Origin: an uncultured Acidobacteriota bacterium
Lineage (GTDB): Bacteria; Acidobacteriota; Vicinamibacteria; Vicinamibacterales; UBA2999
Assembly: GCA_902826065.1 (NCBI GenBank)
Contig: CADEDM010000001.1
Location: forward strand, 23,340 to 87,339
DNA: 64,000 nt
Reading direction: 5' to 3'
Position 1 is the first letter of the stretch. Each line of letters begins with the position of its first letter. This document shows, piece by piece, positions 59,681 to 64,000 of the stretch. The notes beneath the pieces are model-generated. The model worked only from the letters and a program-made list of their open reading frames with translations. It ran no database searches and was not told where the DNA came from. Made by a program: the position numbers and the translations under genes.

Positions 59681-60431
59681 GCACCGCGACGATCCGCAGG
59701 TGCTCGACGCCCTCGGGCGCGCGGTGCCGCAGGTGGCGCCGCCGGCGAGCCTGCGCGCGCGCGTCCTCGACGCCGCCACGCGCGAGCCGATTCTCCCGCG
59801 CGACGCCGACGCCGCTCCGCCCGCGTCCGCGGCGCCATCGCGCACGGTGCCGTTCCCTGATCGTTCACAGGCGACGCTGCCGGTGCGTCAGCCCGCGAGC
59901 CGCTGGCCGTGGCTGGTCGCGGCCGCCGCCGCGCTGATTGCCGTGGTCACGTCGCTCGGCTGGATGTCGGCGCGCGGCGAGATCGGCCGGCTGCAGGCCA
60001 CGATTGCCGGCCTGCAGGCCAATGCCGCGGCGCTGCTGAACGTGCGCGCGGAGTTCGATCGCGAGCGCACCGAGCGTGAGCGGGCCGTCGCGATTCTCAA
60101 CGCCAGCGACGTCCACTCGGCGCCGCTCGCCGGCGTGGCGCCGGCCACGGCCGCACGTGGCCGCGTCTACGTGAGCGCCTCACGCGGCGTGTTCTTCGCC
60201 GCCGAAGGCCTGCCGCCGCTGCCCGCGGGTCGCACCTACCAGCTGTGGACGATCGTCGCCGGTCAGCCGGTGAGTCACGGCGTGTTCGGTCTCGAGGCCG
60301 ACGGCCGCGCCCAAGTGCTCGGCCAGGCGCCGCCCGGGCCGGTCGATGCCATCGCCGTCACCATCGAGCCCGCCGGCGGCGTGCCCGCGCCCACCGGCGA
60401 CAAGGTGCTGCTCGGCGTGCCGGCCAACTAG
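59673..60431 (+). CDS. Anti-sigma-K factor RskA-like (single TM helix; C-terminal RskA domain)
   Basis: 8-nt overlap with the sigma gene. TM helix WPWLVAAAAALIAVVTSLGW. C-terminus TYQLWTIVAGQPVSHGVFG...AIAVTIEPAGGVPAPTGDKVLLG, the RskA domain as I recall it. No obvious N-terminal zinc-finger (HxxxCxxC). Confidence 0.75.
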   Translation: MSEHRDDPQVLDALGRAVPQVAPPASLRARVLDAATREPILPRDADAAPPASAAPSRTVPFPDRSQATLPVRQPASRWPWLVAAAAALIAVVTSLGWMSARGEIGRLQATIAGLQANAAALLNVRAEFDRERTERERAVAILNASDVHSAPLAGVAPATAARGRVYVSASRGVFFAAEGLPPLPAGRTYQLWTIVAGQPVSHGVFGLEADGRAQVLGQAPPGPVDAIAVTIEPAGGVPAPTGDKVLLGVPAN

Positions 60432-60534
60432 GGACTCGTCACTAGCTCGGCCGCGGCGCCGGCGCCGCACATCCGTCCACCCGCCCTCTGCGTAGTCCCG
60501 ATGAGCGCTCGCCACGAGCGCGCAGGAGGACAGC

Positions 60535-61095
60535 ATGTTGCGATTCATGACCCGCGCCGCGATGGCGTGTGTACTCTCGGCGGCCGCCATCTCGACGGCC
60601 GTCGCCCAGGACAAGACCGTGATGGTCGGCGGTGCCGCGATGTACCCGTCGAAGGACATCATCGACAACGCCGTCAATTCGAAGGATCACACCACTCTCG
60701 TGGCCGCGGTGAAGGCCGCCGGCCTCGTCGACACGCTGAAGGGGCCAGGCCCGTTCACCGTCTTCGCTCCGACCAACGCGGCGTTTGCCAAGCTGCCCGC
60801 CGGCACGGTGGAGACGCTGCTCAAGCCCGAGAACAAGGCCACGCTCACGAAGATCCTCACCTATCACGTGGTCGCCGGGAAGCACGACGCCAAGTCGCTC
60901 ATGGAGATGGCGAAGATGCACGGCGGCATGCACACGCTGAAGACCGTGAGCGGCGGCACGCTCACCGTATCGATGCAGGGCATGGCGCTGGCGCTGAAGG
61001 ACGAGAAGGGCGGCATGTCGACGATCACGATCGCCGACGTGTTCCAGTCGAACGGCGTGATCCACGTGATCGACGCCGTGGCGATGCCGAAGTAG
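60535..61095 (+). CDS. Secreted fasciclin (FAS1) domain protein (MPT70/MPT83-like)
   Basis: Signal peptide ...AAAISTAVAQ. DIIDNAVNSKDHTTLVAAVKAAGLVDTLKGPGPFTVFAPTNAAFAKLP...LTYHVV...NGVIHVIDAVAMP. Confidence 0.9.
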   Translation: MLRFMTRAAMACVLSAAAISTAVAQDKTVMVGGAAMYPSKDIIDNAVNSKDHTTLVAAVKAAGLVDTLKGPGPFTVFAPTNAAFAKLPAGTVETLLKPENKATLTKILTYHVVAGKHDAKSLMEMAKMHGGMHTLKTVSGGTLTVSMQGMALALKDEKGGMSTITIADVFQSNGVIHVIDAVAMPK

Positions 61096-61099
61096 GTCT

Positions 61100-61939
61100 G
61101 TGATGCGATCAGACATCACGCGCGGACTCGCGACGGGGGCGCTCGCCCTCGCCCTGGCGGCGCCGGCCGCCGCCCAGACCACCTGGACCGGTCCCTACGT
61201 CGGCGTGCACATCGGCGCCGGCCTGCAGCGTGACGATGCCGACGAGACGGTGACGTTCGACACCGACCTCGACGGCACGTTCACCGACACCGTGCGCACG
61301 GCCGCCGGCGCCAACGCCTTCTCACCCGGCTTCTGCGGCGGCATCGCGATGGGCGCCGTGCCGTCCGCGGGTTGCACCGAGGACGAGAACGGCATCGACA
61401 TCGGCGGCCGCGTGGGCTACGACTGGTCGAGCGGCATGCTGGTCGTCGGCGCGCTCGTCGACGTCTCGGGCACCGACGTCACCGACGGCGCCTCGGCGTT
61501 CAGCACGACGCCGGCGTTCTACGCCTTCTCGCGCCAGTTGAAGGCGATGGGCGGCCTGCGTGGCCGGGTCGGCGCGGGTACCTCGCGCGCGCTCGTCTAC
61601 GGCACCGGCGGCCTCGCCTGGGGCCGCATCGAGCACGTGTTCACGAGCAGCAACGCCGTCAACACGTTCGTGCCGGGGAAGGATGCGGTGCGGACCGAGA
61701 ACGCCTGGGGCTACCAGGCGGGCGGCGGACTCGAGGTGCGGCTGGCGTCGCAGTGGACGCTCGGCGGCGAGTACCTCTACTCGCGCTTCGACGACGAGGA
61801 GGACGGCACCGTGCGCTCGCAGGGCCCGGCGCCGGCCACCAATCCGTTCGTCCTGGTGAACGCTGCCGGCACCGACCTGCGTCGCAGCGGCCGGTTCGAC
61901 GTCCACTCGGTGCGGCTCGCCCTCAACTACCGCTTCTAA
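61100..61939 (+). CDS. Outer-membrane beta-barrel protein (Omp25/Omp31/OmpA_membrane-like porin family)
   Basis: Signal ...ALALAAPAAAQ. TWTGPYVGVHIGAG... ends ...VHSVRLALNYRF (C-terminal Phe). Confidence 0.8.
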   Translation: MMRSDITRGLATGALALALAAPAAAQTTWTGPYVGVHIGAGLQRDDADETVTFDTDLDGTFTDTVRTAAGANAFSPGFCGGIAMGAVPSAGCTEDENGIDIGGRVGYDWSSGMLVVGALVDVSGTDVTDGASAFSTTPAFYAFSRQLKAMGGLRGRVGAGTSRALVYGTGGLAWGRIEHVFTSSNAVNTFVPGKDAVRTENAWGYQAGGGLEVRLASQWTLGGEYLYSRFDDEEDGTVRSQGPAPATNPFVLVNAAGTDLRRSGRFDVHSVRLALNYRF

Positions 61940-61950
61940 CCGTTCCTGCC

Positions 61951-61972
61951 GTCCCGGCCCCCCCGCCGGGAC
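61951..61972. terminator. GC-rich hairpin between convergent genes
   Basis: GTCCCGGC-cccccc-GCCGGGAC (8-bp stem) in the 45-bp gap between 61939 (+) and 61985 (-). No clear U-tract. Confidence 0.45.
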
Positions 61973-61984
61973 GCAGTGTTCGAC

Positions 61985-63262
61985 TCAGAGCGTGGCGTCC
62001 TTGGTCTCGCGGCTCACGGCCAGTCCTGCCAGCGACAACAACGCGGCCCCCGCCAGGTAGTAGCCGACGGCCGCGAGCCCATAGCGCTCCGCCAGCCACT
62101 GCGCCGCATACGGCGCGAGCGACGCACCCACGATGCCCGCGAAGTTGTAGGTCAGCGAACTGCCCGTGTAGCGCACTTCGGCGGGAAAGAGTTCCGCGAG
62201 CACCGTGCCGATCGGCCCGTAGGTGAGGCCGACGAACAGGAACCCGATCGCCATCGCCGCGAGTACGCCTATCGTGCCGGCCTCGAACAGCGGCGCCATC
62301 GCCAGCGCGTAGAGCGCCATGCCGACGTTGGCCCACATCAGCATCTTGCGCCGTCCGCCTTCGGCCATCTTCGCCGACCACGGAACCCCGATGGCGAAGA
62401 ACAGCACCCCGAACAACTGGATGAAGAGGAACTGCTCGCGCGTGTAGCCGAGCTGCGTCGTGCCCCACGACAGCGAGAACACCGTGGTCAGGTAGAAGTC
62501 GACGAACACCGACGTCGCGATCACCGTGCCGACGACCAGCGCGACCACATGGCGCGTGAAGACCGTGAACGCCGGCACCTGCACGCGCTGGTGCAGGTCG
62601 AGCACTTTCTGGAACGCCGGCGTCTCGCTCAGCGTGAGCCGCACGTAGAGCCCGACGCCCACGAGCACCGCGCTCGAGAGGAACGGCACGCGCCAGCCCC
62701 ACGCGAAGAATTGCTCGTCGGTGAGCAGACGCGAGATCAGCAGGAAGATCCCGCCCGAGCAGAAGAAGCCAATCGGCGCGCCGAGCTGCGGGAACATCCC
62801 GTACCACGCGCGCTTGCCCGGCGGTGCGTTCTCGGTCGCGAGCAGGATCGCCCCGCCCCACTCGCCGCCGAGCCCCAGCCCCTGGCCGAAGCGACAGAGC
62901 GCGAGCAGCACCGGCGCCGCGAGGCCGATCGACTCGTAGGTGGGCACGAGGCCGATGGCCACGGTGGAGAGGCCCATCGTCAGGAGCGCGGCGACGAGCG
63001 TGGTCTTGCGGCCCACGCGATCGCCGAAGTGGCCGAAGAGGGCCGAGCCCACCGGACGGGCCAGGAACGCGATCGCGAACGTCGCGAGGGACGCGAGCCG
63101 GGCCGTTGACGGATCCGACGCCGGGAAGAACAGCCGCGGGAACACGAGCACGGCTGCCGTGGCGTAGATGTAGAAGTCGAAGAACTCGATGGCCGTGCCC
63201 ATCAGGCTCGCCACCAGGATCTGTCGCGGCGAGTTCACGGGCCGGGCCGGCGGGACGTGCAT
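61985..63262 (-). CDS. MFS transporter, metabolite:H+ symporter (MHS) family
   Basis: GTAIEFFDFYIYATAAVLVFPRLFF, GHFGDRVGRK and 12 TM helices are typical of ProP/KgtP/ShiA relatives. Confidence 0.9.
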   Translation of the reverse strand: MHVPPARPVNSPRQILVASLMGTAIEFFDFYIYATAAVLVFPRLFFPASDPSTARLASLATFAIAFLARPVGSALFGHFGDRVGRKTTLVAALLTMGLSTVAIGLVPTYESIGLAAPVLLALCRFGQGLGLGGEWGGAILLATENAPPGKRAWYGMFPQLGAPIGFFCSGGIFLLISRLLTDEQFFAWGWRVPFLSSAVLVGVGLYVRLTLSETPAFQKVLDLHQRVQVPAFTVFTRHVVALVVGTVIATSVFVDFYLTTVFSLSWGTTQLGYTREQFLFIQLFGVLFFAIGVPWSAKMAEGGRRKMLMWANVGMALYALAMAPLFEAGTIGVLAAMAIGFLFVGLTYGPIGTVLAELFPAEVRYTGSSLTYNFAGIVGASLAPYAAQWLAERYGLAAVGYYLAGAALLSLAGLAVSRETKDATL

Positions 63263-63290
63263 CGACCCGCCACTATACTGGAGCGGATCG

Positions 63291-64000
63291 ATGACGCACG
63301 AGCCTTCCTCGCTGGCAGCGGCGCACGAGGGCCGCGCCGCGGCGGCCTGGGACCTGGTGCGGGCGCTGTCCGATCACGCCGCCACGCTGACCGCCGCCGC
63401 TCCTCAGGCGTTCGCGTTGAACGACGCCGGCGCCCTGATCCCCGTGGCGCCCGGCGACGCGACCGCCGTGGCCGAATGGCAGCAGGGTGGCGGATGGCGG
63501 TTGACGGCAGGCGTCGATCCCGCGCTGGCGTCGCTCGTCGATCTGTACCTGCCGATCTGCAGTGCCACGCCGACGCGCCCGATCACGCTGGGGCACCTCG
63601 GGCAGAGCCTCGACGGCTTCATCGCCACGCACTCCGGTGATTCGCAGTTCGTCACCGGCGAAGAGAACCTGCGCCACATGCACCGCCTGCGGGCGTTGTG
63701 CGACGCGGTGATCGTCGGCGCCGGCACGGTGGCGGCCGATGATCCGCGCCTCACCACGCGCCACGTGCCCGGGCCGAATCCGCTGCGCGTGGTCATCGAT
63801 CCGATGGCGCGGCTGGCCGGCGACTACCACGTGTTCCAGGACGGCGAGGCGCCGACACTCTACGTCTACGTGCGGCGCTACGTGACGGGTCACGCGCCGG
63901 CACCCGGCCGGGCCGAGGTGCTCGCCGTCGGCGACGGCCCGAATGGCGTCGATCTCGCGGCTCTCGTCACGCACCTGCGCGACCGCGGCTGCGCGCGCAT
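63291..64000 (+). CDS. RibD C-terminal domain (dihydrofolate-reductase-like) reductase with an N-terminal extension; 3' end beyond the window
   Basis: Not in the track because there is no stop in the window. My translation from the ATG at 63291: MTHEPSSLAAAHEG...ITLGHLGQSLDGFIATHSGDSQFVTGEENLRHMHRLRALCDAVIVGAGTVAADDPRLTTRHVPGPNPLRVVIDP. Confidence 0.75.
   Translation, partial: MTHEPSSLAAAHEGRAAAAWDLVRALSDHAATLTAAAPQAFALNDAGALIPVAPGDATAVAEWQQGGGWRLTAGVDPALASLVDLYLPICSATPTRPITLGHLGQSLDGFIATHSGDSQFVTGEENLRHMHRLRALCDAVIVGAGTVAADDPRLTTRHVPGPNPLRVVIDPMARLAGDYHVFQDGEAPTLYVYVRRYVTGHAPAPGRAEVLAVGDGPNGVDLAALVTHLRDRGCAR

Noticed and set aside
60432-60534. ECF (SigK-type) promoter upstream of the fasciclin gene
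   Set aside because: I saw ..ACATCC..(23 nt)..CCCGAT.., which vaguely recalls reported SigK boxes. The spacing is wrong and I do not trust my memory of the consensus, so it is not called.

Overview
This is a very GC-rich bacterial chromosomal window; third codon positions are almost all G/C. The organism looks diderm, because the window encodes a Wza-type exporter, OM beta-barrels, and Tat and lipoprotein signals. I found no rRNA, tRNA, CRISPR, transposase or phage genes. All family assignments come from motifs read by eye, with no searches run.

I call 48 protein genes. Many long ORFs in the track are wrong-frame or antisense artefacts of the GC content, and several true genes start well inside the listed ORF, often at a 4-nt GTGA/ATGA start/stop overlap.

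(1) 1-36 kb is an exopolysaccharide (EPS) locus of the XrtA/PEP-CTERM-associated type. It contains GT4, GT-C, Wzx and three GT2 genes, plus a chain-length determinant, a BY-kinase-like ATPase, a priming sugar transferase, a DUF3473-type deacetylase, a Wza-like exporter, an ExeA-like ATPase and an OM barrel. It also contains two pairs of 'exosortase-associated' alpha/beta hydrolases. No exosortase and no PEP-CTERM-tailed protein is visible in the window. Embedded in the main EPS operon are a 1892-aa PKS (KS-AT-KR-DH-vestigial A subdomain-PCP) and a 1556-aa formyltransferase-A(LLM insert)-PCP protein, with one hydrolase pair between them. This is my top candidate for an undescribed system: carrier-protein-based acylation or lipidation of an EPS.

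(2) 38.9-52.8 kb is a second orphan cluster. Its core is a tightly coupled minus-strand operon: AMP-ligase, class-I HMG-CoA reductase, UbiA prenyltransferase, a rifampin-phosphotransferase-like PEP-utilising enzyme, a BtaA-like DUF3419 protein and a polyprenol-kinase-like membrane protein. It is flanked by sulfotransferase + P450 on one side and carbamoyltransferase + GNAT on the other. This is a candidate novel polar isoprenoid-lipid pathway.

(3) 52.8-64 kb looks more ordinary. It holds a lipoprotein hydrolase with a NatAB-like ABC exporter, a Tat-exported aminotransferase and S51 peptidase, a SigK/RskA/fasciclin/OMP module, an MFS transporter and a partial RibD_C reductase.
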